Assembly: GCA_024679065.1 (NCBI GenBank)
Contig: JAGIQG010000013.1
Location: 76,384,001 to 76,448,000, forward strand
Length of the DNA stretch: 64,000 bases
Source: Sphyrna mokarran
Taxonomy: Eukaryota
Reading direction: 5' to 3'
This document shows, piece by piece, positions 26,027 through 39,633 of the stretch. The position numbers and the translations under genes were made by a program. Under the pieces are notes generated by a model that saw nothing but the letters and a program-made list of their open reading frames with translations, did not search any database and was not told where the DNA came from. Each line of letters opens with the position of its first letter. The first letter of the stretch is position 1.

Positions 26027-27954
26027 ATCAATTGAGAAACCATTGAATTGCACATGTAAGCTGTTTCTGGTGAGGACACAGTAGAGATAAATGGAAAGTT
26101 GTCTGGTCAGTCATGTGCTCCATATGGTGAACTGAGCCAGTGGGCCTCCTCCTAATGTCTGAAAATAGGGCGCTTAACCAGCAAACTTTGTGGATCAGGT
26201 TTCTAGAGCAGCAGTATCTGCTGAGGTAGTGCCCAAGATTCAAGCATGGTGGTCACCCTACGATTTATGAAGTATTTCACCTTTCCACTTGTAAGAGAAA
26301 CATGAGACTTGTAAGTTGTTATGGGATAATTTACTAGAAGAATCCCACCTTAAACTTCTTTCAATTGCGCACATCGTGTTAGAAGCTCCCATGAAATGCC
26401 CTTTCATTTTGGAGGAACAGCATAGCACAATGATCTGTCACCTTATGGTAATATGTTTGCTTGTAGCAATAAGTATCTGAGTGTCAGATATGTATGTGAG
26501 TTTTTACTGTCAATATAAAACACATTTTGATCAGTGATGCATTTATAGCTTTAGACTTTGCTTCTTGAGCACCAAACAGGCCATACCTAACATGATAACA
26601 GGAAGCTTTGGAAGTCCATGGGTGACTTTTTTTTCTTGCCCATTGTATGCTGATCATTGTGAAGTGACAAGTGATTGGTGGTTTGCGGTGACTGGTGGAC
26701 AGATCTCAGTATTTTGTTTTTATACAAGCTGTCAAGCAATGTGAAGTGTTAGCACAGTAATTATGATTTGACTCTATTTATAATGCAAAACTTAGTTTGT
26801 TTGACCAGCCACTAGGCATGTAGTCAGGCTATTGCTGCATGTTTAAGATGCAGTTTCTGCGTGTGAACATGCTGTGCTTGACTCATTATTGGAGATGCAA
26901 AAATGAATGTGCAGTGATTGCCGTTCAGTCTCGATGGTGAAACCATATTTATGACTTAGAGATGAGTAAACAGGATGAGCATTTAGATCGTTTGCTGAAA
27001 CAAATCTTTAGATATCTATGCTTAATTGAAATGAGGCAATTGATATTTATGTAGCTATTTTAATAACTTGTCAGATCATAAGCCTTTGTGTCCAGATAAT
27101 ATTTCTGGATTACGAGATCAACTTAGTCATTGAACCTTATCACTTTGCTGTTTCTGTTCTAAATCCTGAAAAAGGTGGTGTCAGTTTGCAGATCTTAGGA
27201 TTTCATCTCTCCCCTTTGCAAGAAATCCGCATAATATATTTATATAGATATTTAATTTATTATTTATTGGGGCGGCATGGTGGCACAGTGATGAGCACTG
27301 CTGCCTGACAGTGCTGGGGACCAGGGTTTGATTCCCAACTTGCTTCACTGTCTGTGTGGATTTTGTATGTTCTCCCTTGTTTGCGTAGTTTTCTCCCACA
27401 TTCTGAAAGATGTGCTGGTTAGGTGCGTTGACCCAAACAGGCACCTGTATGTGGTGACTCGGGGAATTTCTCAGTAACTTCACTGCAGTGTTAATGTAAG
27501 TCCATTTGTGACTACTAAATGAACTTTATTTAAATGAATAGCCTGCTTTTTGACTTTCTGTACAAAGCTTTGCTCTGTTTCTCCCATGTCTGCCTATGTT
27601 TAAATTGTGCATGGTACAGTAATATTGCTCCACTGATAAAGTCAAGTAAAAATCAGCATACTTGTTAATTTCAGGATCTTGGTGCTGTATCTATGTAAGT
27701 TGTTCTGTCGCTCTATTCTGATCCAAGTTGCTCATGCAATCCAAGTATGGAGCCCAGCTCAGTCGTCACGTTCTCGCCTGAGTCATTAGCTCTTTGGTTG
27801 AATTGACATGTTGGAGACTGAAATGCATATTTTAGCTGACACTTCACTGCCTCTCCATCAAGAAAAGGTGCTAAACCAAGGCCAATCTGCATTCTTAGAA
27901 TGACCTAAAAAAAAATCATATGGTATCATTTCGAAGAACAGGGAAGTCCAGTGG

Positions 27955-30900
27955 GAACATACAAATTTGGAGCAAGAATAAGCTCCTCAGCCCTTCATGG
28001 CTGATTTAATGATTTAACTTCAATGCCACATTCCCACCTATCCCTGAATATTTTTCACTCTCTCCTACATATCAAGAATCTGTTGAGATCTACCTTAAAG
28101 ATATTCAAACTCTCTTTCCACTGCCTTTTGAGGAAGAGAGTTCCAGTCCCCCGCAAGAGGAAAAAAAATCCTCATTTGTCTTAAATCGGTGACCCCTTAT
28201 TTTCAAACAGTGACTTCCAAAACTAGATTCTCCACGTTTCAATCAAGTCACCTCTTACTCTTCTAAACTCTAGTAGATACAAGGCCAGCTTGTCCAACCT
28301 CAAAAGATATCCCTTCCATTTGAGGTATTCATCGAGTATACCTTATTTGAATTGCTTCCAATGTATTTATATCCTTTGTTAAAGAAGGAGATTGATGCTG
28401 AAGACAGTACTCCAGATGTGGCATCACCAGAGCTCTGTATAACTGAAGTACAGTGTCCATATTTGTATATTCAATTCTCATCACAAATTATAACACACTA
28501 TTAGTTTTCAGAATTATTTTCTGTATCTGCAAACTAACCTTCTGCGATTCGCGCTATAATCTTGATTCCTCTGCAATCTCTCACCATTTATACAATGTGC
28601 TTTTTTATTTTTCCTGTCAAAATGGACAATTTCACACTGTCCCACATGATACTGCATTGGCCAGGTCTTTGCCCACTCACTTAACTTGGCTATAATCTCT
28701 TTGTTAGCCTCCGTTTGTCCTCTTCACACTGTACTATCCTATCTTCGTTTGTGTCGCTAACAGATTTAAAATTTATTTATTAGTCACATGGAAGGCTTAC
28801 ATTAACACTGCAAAGAAATTACCGTGAAACTTCCCTAGTTCCTACACTCCAGTGCCTGTTCAGCTCAATGCACCATACCTTTGGTCCCTTCATTAAATCA
28901 TTGATGTAAGTTGTGAAAAATTAAGTCTCCAGCGCTAATTCCTATGTCACACCACTCATTATATCTAGCCAACCAGAAAATGTCCCTTTTAACCCTACCC
29001 TCAGATTCCTGTTAGCTAGTCAATCTTCCATCCGTGTTATCTGCTACATCATGAGTTTTTGTTTATTAGAATAACCTTTGGTGTACCATTGTGCCTTCTA
29101 GGGTGGAGTGATGGCATAGTGATTAGCACTGCCGCCTCAGTGCCAGGGACCTGGGTTCAGTTCCCAGCTTGGATCACTATCTATGTGGAGTTTGTACATT
29201 CACCCCTTGTTTGCGTGGGTTTCCTCTGGGTGCTCCAGTTTCCTCCCACAGTCCAAAAGACGTGCAGGTTAGGTGGATTGGCCATGTTAAATTCTCCCTG
29301 TGTACCCTAACAGGCTTAAGTCCAATCGATTTATTTGATAGTAAACTCACAAACTTTCCAGGTTCCCCTCTTTGTCAGGTGAATGAAGAGTTCTGGCCTC
29401 AGACAGTACATATAACAGCACAGATACTCGACAGATTACTGATTAATTGCTAATTACTGATTAATCAGTAATTTGTAAACTGTCTTTGCTGTTATATGTA
29501 CTGTCTGAGGCCAGAACTCTTCATTCACCTGACGAAGAGGGGAACCTCAAGCTTGTGAGTTTACTGTCAAATAAATTGGTTAGACTCAAACCTAGTGTTG
29601 TCAGACTTCTTACTATGTTTACCCCAGTCCAATGCCGGCATCTCCACATCCGAACAGGTACCAGAGTGTGGCGACTAGGGGATTTTCACAGTAATTTCAT
29701 TGCAGTGTTAATGTTATTTATGACACTAAGAACTAACCTTTAAACTGGAAGTTCATCTACCAGTTCCCCTTTATCTGCTGCATATATTACTACTTTAAAG
29801 AACTCCAATAAGTTGGTTAAACATGATTTGACTCTGCTCGATTACCCTGACCTTTTCCAAGTGACCTATTATGTCATCTTTATAGCTTCTAACATTTTCT
29901 GTACGACTGATGTGAAGCTAACTGGCCTGTAGATTCCAACTTTTTGGCTCCTGCGCTTTTTAAATAAAGAAATCACGTTCACTATTTTCCAATCTAATGG
30001 AATCTTCACCGAATCTAAGGAATTCTGGAAAATTAAAATCCCTTAGCCTATCTCACTCTCCGTGAAGTACATCAGGATTAGCTCGTGGCCCCTCTTCCCT
30101 GTTGATTGAATCCCGGGTGGGTTCCTGCCTTCCAATTCCTCATTTATAGCTATTTCTGGGGTGTTATTTGTGCCCTCTGTAGTGAGCACTGAATCAAATT
30201 ACCTGTTTGATTCATCTGCCATCTTCTTACTTGCTGTCATTAATTCTTTTGACTCACTTCCTGTAAGATCTGTGGTCACTTTGTTATAAAATATCTATAA
30301 ATCTCAATACTATCTGTCTTTGGAGTATGAAAGAAAGATAGCAGGAAATATGTTTTCCTCCATTTTGTCATTCTTCGCCATTTTTATATCTTGTCCAGTC
30401 TTCTAATGCACCCATCTGGTGCAATTAAATGCTTTTCTTTAATTTTGATACTATGTTTAATTTTTTTTAGTTAACCACAGATGGTGGATCCTTCTTTTGG
30501 AACTTTTTTCTTGTTGGAATGTATCTATTCGTTGTACTCTTAGATATTCTCTTAAATGTCTGCCACAGCATCTCAATTGATCTATCCCTTAACCTAATCT
30601 GCTAGTTCACTTTAGCTAGGTGTACTTTCATGTCCTTATAAGTGCCTTTATTTATATTTAAAATATTAATCTTGGATGTATTCTTCTCTTCCTCAAATTG
30701 AATGTAAAATTGAATTATATTATAATCATTGTTACTTTGCGTCACCTTTACTGTGAGATAATTAATTATCCCATTTTATTGCATAGTCTCCTTTCTGGTT
30801 GGTACAAGAACGCACTACTCTAAGAAACTATCCTAAAAATCTTCTATGAATTCCTCATGTAGGCTACTTTGCCCATCTGATTTTTCCCAGTCTATGTGCA

Positions 30901-32540
30901 GATTAAAATCCCACATGAATATTGTCATACTTTCTGCCATGCTCCCATTATTTTTTCCTTTATACTCCACCTTGTTGTATGGTTACTGTTAGGGGAACTG
31001 TACCCAACTTCTGCAGGTAACTTCTTGCCTTCATTTCTCATCTCTATCCAAACCATTTCTACATTCTGGTACCCTGAACTTGGCTTATTCTCTCTGACTT
31101 ACTAATACCATCGTTACTTAACAGAGCTACTCCTCCATCTTTTCCGAGCTGTCCTTTCTAAATGTTATATATCCCTCAATATTCAAATTCCAATCTGTCA
31201 TCCTGCAGCCATGTTTTTATAATGCCTGTAAGATTGTACTTATTTCTGTTTGCAATCTGGGTTAATCTGTTTTGTTTTGAATGCTATGTGCAACCTGTTT
31301 CTTCAGTTTTGTCCTTTTATAATTTTTGAAGCCTTATCTGCTGATTTACTCTTTTCCTGTATACTCTCTTCCTGTCACAATCTGCTTATTTCCAACATTG
31401 ATACCTTTCTCTCTTGCCCCTTCTTTATTCTTTGATTTACCATGTTTTTCCAAATTTGATCACTTGCCGCCACTATTTAGTTTAAAATCCTCTCTACTAG
31501 AATACTGGTCTCAGCACGGTTCAGGTGTAGACCTTTGCAGTGTTACAGCCCCTACTTTCCCCAGTATTGCTGCTACTACACCAAGAACCAGAACTCATTT
31601 CTTCCCAGCCATACTCTCACTATGCACGCTATGCAATTGCGTGCCCCTCTGGTAATGATCAAAGCTTACTACCATTGAGGTTCTGCTTTTTAATTTAAAG
31701 TCTAGCTCTTCATATTTTCTATGAAGAACCTCTCCCCAGTTCTAATTTTGTTGTTGGTACCTACGTGGACCATTATGACTGGAGTGCCCCTCCCCCACTG
31801 GAAGTTCCCCTCTAGTCCTGAGCAGATATCATGAATCCTGACACTGGATAGGAAATACAATTGTCTGGACTCCTGCTGCACAGAACAATGTCAATCCCTC
31901 TGACTGTACCGTCCCCTACTACCACCACTACCCTTTTTGCTCCCCATATTTTAATGACTTCCTGTACCACAGTACCATGGCCAGTTTGCTCATCCATCCA
32001 GCAGCCCCCACTCTCAAATAAATAGAAAAGCTTAAACTGATTGGACAATTGAAAAGGCTGAGACTCCCACACTTCTGTGCTCTAGACCGGTCATCTGCCT
32101 CGCCTGCAGTCACACCCTCCTGTCTCCTGGTACAAACTACCTGGTTATATTCTCCCATATGTTGCAGTCCCCGCAATTCAGCTTCAGTTCAGTGACTGAG
32201 CTGGAACTTTTTGATTTGCAAAAACTTACTGCAGACATGTTAGCCTTGGAACATGCTGATATTCAGGAGCCCCCACATGTTGTAGCCTTGATACATCACC
32301 TGTCCTGCCATCTTTTGTGTTTTAATTCATTACTTAATTATATTATGCACTTGTTTTCCTTTTTTATATATTCTATTAACTTTAGCAACAGTTGGTATGC
32401 TATTTTAAACTTTGAGACTGGAATAGTCTTTAACCATTTGCCAGGTACTCATCAAACAGCTGACTCCTTTCTCTGTAGTAGAGTCAAAACCAATTCCTAC
32501 AGGGTGAAAAAAGAAAGGAACAGCATCTTTCCCTCTTCGC
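27955..32540 (-). mobile_element. Long, highly degenerate CR1-like LINE with nested SINEs and Penelope
   Basis: CR1-type 3' end near 27960, RT-region remnants, and an ORF1-like VHVGTNN-coding segment near 31760. Confidence 0.6.
29314..29650 (+). mobile_element. Penelope-like fold-back element nested in a V-SINE
   Basis: Inverted arms of about 135 bp, the same tail, and a CC(T/G)AACAGG duplication on both sides. Confidence 0.82.
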
Positions 32541-34939
32541 CAAGCATGCTCTCAATTCCAAAGCCTCACTTATGTTGGCTCTTTAATGAGATGTGTGATT
32601 AGTTCACACCCTGGTCTTTATAGAGAATATGCTGTTGATTTTGGTAATGCCCTGTGAAATGTTTGATTTCAGTGTGTTATTTAGCATGAAGGAGGAAAGT
32701 GCAGAATTGCCAGCATGTTGACATCATAGTTTTGAAATTTTTGATAGACTGGAAGGCAAATAGGTCGAGAGGTACACATGTTTACTTGCAGAAAAAATCT
32801 GTTCATCTGAGGAAATTTGAATGAGTGATGATTTAAAATATATCCAGAATATTCTGGTTTTCAGAATATTTCTTAACCACGTTGTCTTGTAGCAGACAGG
32901 CTAAAGGACAGTTATTTAAATAAGATTGACATCTTTTAAGCAACTAAAACCTGTGCAGCCCCACCTCAGACCCTTTTGACGCATATTTCTGCAAAACCTT
33001 ACTGTGATTACAATGTATAGAGACTGCTGATGTCCCTTGAAGATGTAGTGTGGGTGCCACATGGAAAGTAATTACAGTTTTAACAGTGTTTGAGGCTTCG
33101 GCACTACTTGTATTTGCCCAGAGCTTACTGGAATCTGCAGAAAAAAGTGCTGTTTGGAGTGTTAAATTTTAATAAAAACAGAAGTTCACATTTGCATTTC
33201 TATGCTACTTTCCGTGGTTTTGTTATGCTTCCAAACCATTTTACAGTAAGTGAAGACACCATTGGAATGCAGGGAAGCGCATCAGCTAGTTTGTGCTTGG
33301 TGAGGTCCTGTAAACAACAATGGGATAATTCAGCAGATAATCAGCTTTTAGTGATTATATTAGTTGAGGGATAAATGTTGGCCAGGCTGCAGGGGAGAAT
33401 TCTCCTACACTTAGTCAAATCGTACCACAGATTTCTAAAAAAATATTCACTTAAGCAAACTTGGCTTTGACCTTGCAGATCAGCTCATGTGCCCACAACA
33501 TATTCCTGGCAGCGAGGATTTAAATCTCAGCCAGGCAATGTAACTAAGGCACTGCCTGACTGGAATTGTCTGCTTAACCATCCTGCACTCACTAACTACA
33601 GTACGAAAGTTTTCTTAGTTTTCTGAAACTTAGCGGTTTGCTAAGATTGGTGTTACTTGCTAAAGTAACTTTCTTCTTTCATTGACCAAAGTGTTGTCTT
33701 TACTGCCCGATGTTTAGGTTTGCTCACCAGGCCATATGACCTTGGTGGTGATTGATGAGTGTGCAATTTTGATGTGTTTCTATAAGTGAGAGATTAACTT
33801 TGCCGTGTGGTATAATCATATTAACTATCAGTGTTGAAGCTCTTGATTGTTTGAAAAATTGGCTTCTGGACCATTTTTTCAACCATGGTTTTTTTTATTG
33901 TTTCATGGAATGTAAATGTCACTGGCAAGACCAGTTACCCATTTCTAATTGCTGCTGAACTGCTTGCCGTGCTATTTAAAAGGGCAGTTAAGAGTCAGCC
34001 ACTAACTGGAGTGTTGGCCAGACTGGTAAGGATGGCAGATTCCCTTCTCTAAAGGACATTAGTGAACCTGTATTCATGGGCTACTACATGGGCATAACCT
34101 GGTGTTCGTGATTTTATCATGGGCACCAGTACTGAGAGTAGTTTTATGTTCCAGATTTACTTAGTGAATTTAAATTTCACCAGATGCCATGGTAGCAATT
34201 GAACCAGTGTCACTACAGCATCAGCTTGAATATCAGTATTACGAGTCCGCAACCACTAACTACATTGTTGTCTTTCAAACAGGTATACAATGTACTAACC
34301 TAACTAAGAGAACATGTAAAACATACTATATCTTTATCTCATTATAAGCACAAATCTTCATTTATAGATCACCATTCATGGTATTGGAGCGCCCCAGAAT
34401 GTTTTACTGCCAATGAAATATCTCTGAAGTGTGATATGGCAGAATAAATTTGCAAATCAAGTTTTCAGAAACAGTAGTGAAATAGATTGAAGGAAAATGT
34501 TGCTCAGGTGCAGAAAAGGCTCTTCAGACTATTTAATAAGTTATCTTGGAAGTGTGCTTGATCACTTGCAATCATAGACAAATGCCGAGCCCAAGTTGAG
34601 CACAATAAAATCCCAGACATGCCAGTCAGATAATGGCCAGTTTATTAGTTTTTGGTAGTTTTGGCTGAGATCAGTATTGGCCAGGACAGAGGAAACATTT
34701 ATCCCATCAGCTTAAAAACTGGATCAAAGCTTGGCTGTTCTGTACGATGAAACTAAGTAACTGCAACCAAGGATTCCAAAAGTGAACTGGCTAGGATCAA
34801 TATGATGTTTACAATAGATTGTCAAGAAATTGATTGCAGTGCAGGCAAATGTCTTGTAATAATCAGTTTTAATATCTACAAAACTAGTAAAAAGGAAAAA
34901 TAACTAATCCCAAACCAACTTACAAACTACTGCATGCTC

Positions 34940-35104
34940 CACTTGCCTCCAATCCTGCCCCATGCTGGTATTATTTCACCTGATGAAGGCCATAGAGTCG
35001 AAAGCTTGCGAGTTTACTATCAAATAAATCGGTTGGTTTTAAAACTGGTGTTGTCAGACTTCTTACTGTGTTTACCCCAGTCTAACGCTGGCATCTCTAC
35101 ATCA
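34940..35104 (+). mobile_element. Penelope-like terminal repeat (single arm)
   Basis: CACCTGATGAAGG...GAAAGCTT...CAAATAAA...GGTGTTGT...TACCCCAGTCTAACGCTGGCATCTC, homologous to the other three copies. Confidence 0.78.
34976..35011 (+). ncRNA. Minimal hammerhead ribozyme motif (PLE type)
   Basis: TCAC-CTGATGA-A-GGC-catAGA-GTC-GAAA-GC-TT-GCGA: core boxes plus stem II; stem I has one mismatch. Confidence 0.65.
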
Positions 35105-38100
35105 CGGGTATTATTTTACCCATGTTTATTTTTTGATAGTCTTTGGCTTTTCTGAGACAAATATCTTTGCAGTTTTGAGACCTGCAGTGCCCACTCTTGT
35201 ACAACTACACATGGTTTTCAAATTGTACCCGTATGGCAAATATTGTGATTCTGTTTTTCCTCCTGTCCTTCAAATTGTGGTACATTTTTAAAAATCCTCT
35301 GTGCTACTGTGTGTGAGAGAGGAGTCAGCCTGTTTTGTGCTGTCTGCTGGCAGTTGTGGAAGCCTAATGAATGGATTGATTGAATCTACATATTTAATGG
35401 CAGGCACATGTTTCCCCCCACTATCTGGAGGAGTGTCTATCACCATGTTGTGCAGCAATACTTGCCCATGTAAACACTGATAGGTCTGATATCATGTCCA
35501 CACTGCAATAATAATGGTGATGTAGTCCTTGCAAGCTTATTCACACATTGTCTGTTGTTGCCTGGTATGTGTCATACTGATTTAAAGCTTTGTAAGTAGG
35601 ATTTATTTTGTCTCCTCTTCCACTCGCTGATCATATGATCAGATTAAATGCTATATGTTACTAAAGTTCAGCCCTTGTGGAATTTATTTTTGTATGTTCA
35701 AATTTTTTTTTCAACTTGCTGTAGCTTAAACTAGAAACTGCTAATGTGAACTTGAGAAACACTTTACGTAAACTTGCTGTTTTATGAGCTAAGTGTCGAG
35801 TTAGTCTCGCTTTGTGAAAATCATTGGCATGGCTAAGTGCTATAATATGCCTGCCCAACATGATAGATGGTTGTGGAATTCTGTCTACTAGAGCTGGAAA
35901 AAAATTAATAACGGAAGACCATTTTGTCTAATGAACACAAAACGATATGTTGACAGAAAATGTACAGTTGTGAAATATACTAAAATTGATATATAATGGG
36001 GCTTGCACTAAGTAAAGGGTGTTACTTTCCTCCCCAGTAAACTACAAGAAATTGACAGGTATTTGTCCAAAATCTGTTTGTACATATCAGGTGGATAATA
36101 TTGCAGGTGTTATAAACCAACTATCGAGTGCATAACTTTCATGTCTGTCTCCTGTTGTTACCCAAATCCTGAATGCCAAGATATTGCCCATTCCTAACTG
36201 ATATATTGGCATTAAGAATTAACCAGTATAGTTTGTGACTAGATTCACATGTTTGTGAGAGCAAGTGACAGTGTGTCACTTATATTGGACAGTGTCAGTA
36301 CTGCTGCACAAATTCAACATTGGTTTTGATGACACATGGATCTCCCCTAAAAAACTAAATTGCTTGTGTAAATGAATTTTGCAGGTGGGGAGAACGAGGG
36401 AGTTTCTTCTATTCTTGAGTTCATCTGATTTATTAAGTTGTAGGGGAGGAGGTAATGTCCAACCACTACTTCACTAGATTAGATAGGGAATGAGGAAAAG
36501 TGCTTTGGGTTTAGTGCCTGTACTGTTCTGAAGGATGCTAGTTCGCCAGCTGGGTTTTTATGACAACCGAGCTGCTTTCGGTAATTTTCCAGTGTTGTGC
36601 TATAAATTCCCACATTTCTTGAATTTAGATCCACAATTTCCCATTGTGGCATTTGAACTCGTGAACTCTGCATTGCAAGGCTCATATCATAATGAGTGTG
36701 TTTTAACTCTTCATCCTTCCTGCCAGTCTAACCACTGGAATGAACTGGATAAACCAAAGAGTACAAGATACTCTTCAGTTTTCTCCTCCTCCTCACCGGT
36801 TGACCTGGATTGTACTGCAGGTAAATTCAGAATGCTGGCAACTTTAAACTGGGGGAGAACTTAAGAATATAAAACAGAACATTAGAGTGCTGGGAATTGA
36901 AGGCTTCCAAGGTTGGCTTATGTTCATCCAAGTCACACTAATTCGACTTGATAAAATTCCAGATCAATAACAAATACTTGACTGCACATTATTATTATGC
37001 TAACAATTTGTTTCTCATCATCATTTTCACATTTTCACTTCACACTTTTCAACATCTGTTTCTTTCTCTTGAGTATTATTCCTTATTCAAGCATTTCTAC
37101 TTAACTTTAAAATTCTGTGTTCTGAACTTTCCAATTTTGGGGAATTTCTGATTTTCTGTCCACTCATGATAAGCCACAGTAATGTTTGAAATTGATTTGT
37201 GATCAATTGGCTGAGGATAGACTTCCTCTAAAGCTCTAGCTCTGTCCTGACCCCAAACTCTCATTCTCTCTCTTGAGATCATCTGTTTCCTCAATCCCAT
37301 TGCCACTAAACTGCTGATCACCCAACTTTCCTTCCTGGAACCAATGATAGGTGGCATCATTAATAATTCTCTTTTCAAGTACTGTCCTTCTTCCTTTTAA
37401 ATCTGCTGTCATTGCCCCTGCTCCATAAAAACAACCCTTGACCTTACCATTCTTGCAAACTACCACCACATCTCTGAATATGTTTTCACTTCCCAGATCC
37501 CTGCCTATCTGAGTTCCTTCAATCAGGTTTCCACCATTATCACAGTACTGAAATGGTTCTCCACAAAATCATAGATGGCATTCCGTATGACTTCAAAAAA
37601 AATTGTTCAAGGAATGAGAGTGCTACTGGCAAACATTTCACGTATTGCCCATTTATCATTGCTCTTGAGAAGGTGGTGACGAGCAGCTGTCTCAGAGAGC
37701 TACAGGCAATATGGTGTAGATTCCACAAGTGCTATTAGGAAGGGAGTTCCAGGATTATAACCCAGCAACTGTGAAGGAATGGTGGTATATTTCACAATCA
37801 GATTGTGTATTATATGTGATTGTGAAGAAAGTTACAAGTTTTTACTCTTTGGTGGGACGTGGACATTTACTGCCCACCCCAAATTGCCGTCAAGCTGAGT
37901 GGCTTGCAAGGCCATTTCAGACAGCAGTTGAGAGTCAACCGTCCACTGACAATGGTTTCACTGATATCGTTAGACTTCTAATTCCAAATTTTTACTCAGT
38001 TCAAATTCCACCTGTTGTGGTGGGCATTGAACTTGGGTCCCCAGAGTAGTACCTTGGGTCTCTAAATTACTAGTCCAGTGACAATACCATTATGCCAGTG

Positions 38101-39633
38101 TCTCCCTTAGAAGGATCTTCTGTAGGAGTTTTTGAAGTGAAAGTTATTACATGGTCCACATTGCTGCCATAGTGTGCTAATGGTGGAGGGAGTGAATAGT
38201 TGAGGTGCCCAGTCAAACAGAATGCTTTATCTAAAGTTTATTTATCAGTGTCAAGGCTTACTGTAACACCGCAATGAAGTTATTGTGAAAATCCCCTAGT
38301 TGCCATATTCAAATGCCTGTTCGGGTACACAGAGAATTTAGCATGGTCAATGCATCTAACCACATGTTTAGGACTGTGGAAGAAAATTGTAGCATGCAGA
38401 GGAAACCTATGCAGACACTGGGAGAATGAGCAGACTCTGTGCAACAGTGAACCAAGCCAGGAATCAAATCTGGGTCCTGTGAGTGGGTACTAACCGTTGT
38501 GTCACCATGCCACCCATCTGGGATGCTGTTGAGCTTCCTGGGTATAGTTGATGCTGCAATATCCAGGCAAGTGGAGAGTATTCCATCACAGTTGTGATTT
38601 GTGCCTTGTAAATGGTGGACAGGCTTTGGGAAGTCAGCAAGTGAATAACTGTGTACAGAATTCCCAGAACCTGCTGAGAAGGCAATGGTATTTACATGAC
38701 TGGTCTGGTTAAGTTTCTTGTCAATGTCAGTTTTAATGGTGGGGATTCAGTGATGGGAATGCTGCTGTTCATTGTCAAGGAGAGATGGCTAGAGTCTGTA
38801 TTAATGGCACTGGCTATCGCTTGGCACTGACATCTCCTTGTTCTTCTGTCTGCGAACCATGGCACATTGATCACACCATCCTTCTCCAATGTTCCTTTGC
38901 TGTCCAACTGGATGGGTCTGCATGCCTGGTTCCATTTTTCTCTATCTAATCATAACCAAAGAATCAGCTGCAATGGCTTATTTTCTCTTTCCTCACATTG
39001 CCTCTGGTGTTTCTCAGTTTTCTATCTTTGACTCCCTTCTAATTCTCATTTGTATGCTGCCCCTTGGAAATTCATCTAAAAACAAAGCATCATATCACCA
39101 CCACTTCTCTTGTTTTCCACTGTTTCTGAAATATTTGATTTTTTTATTCCCCATGGGATTGGATCCTATTGGTAAGACCAGCATTTGTTTCCCAAACCTG
39201 AGGGCACTTAAAAGTCAACCACATTGTTATGGGTCTGGAGCCACATGAGGCCAGATCAGGTAAGGATGGCCAATTTCCTTCTCTAAAAGACATTAATGAA
39301 CCAGATGGGTTTTTACAATAATTGATGATAGTTGTCATTGTAACACAATCATGAGAGTAGCTTTATGTTCCAGATTTTTATTAATTGAATTCAAATTCCA
39401 CTAGCTGCCATGGTGGGATTTAAACCCATGTCTGTGAAGCTTTTGCTGAGCTTCTGGACTCCTGATCACGTAACATTGCCAGCACGCCACCATCTCCCCA
39501 GATTTAAGGGTCTGATATGCAGTATTGAAAGAGCAGAACTTTTCTGTGAGTATTAGTAAGATTGCAACTGTAATATTCGTGATATATAATTTGAGGAAAT
39601 TTCTGTTCGTTTGGTACTGAATATCACAAGAAG

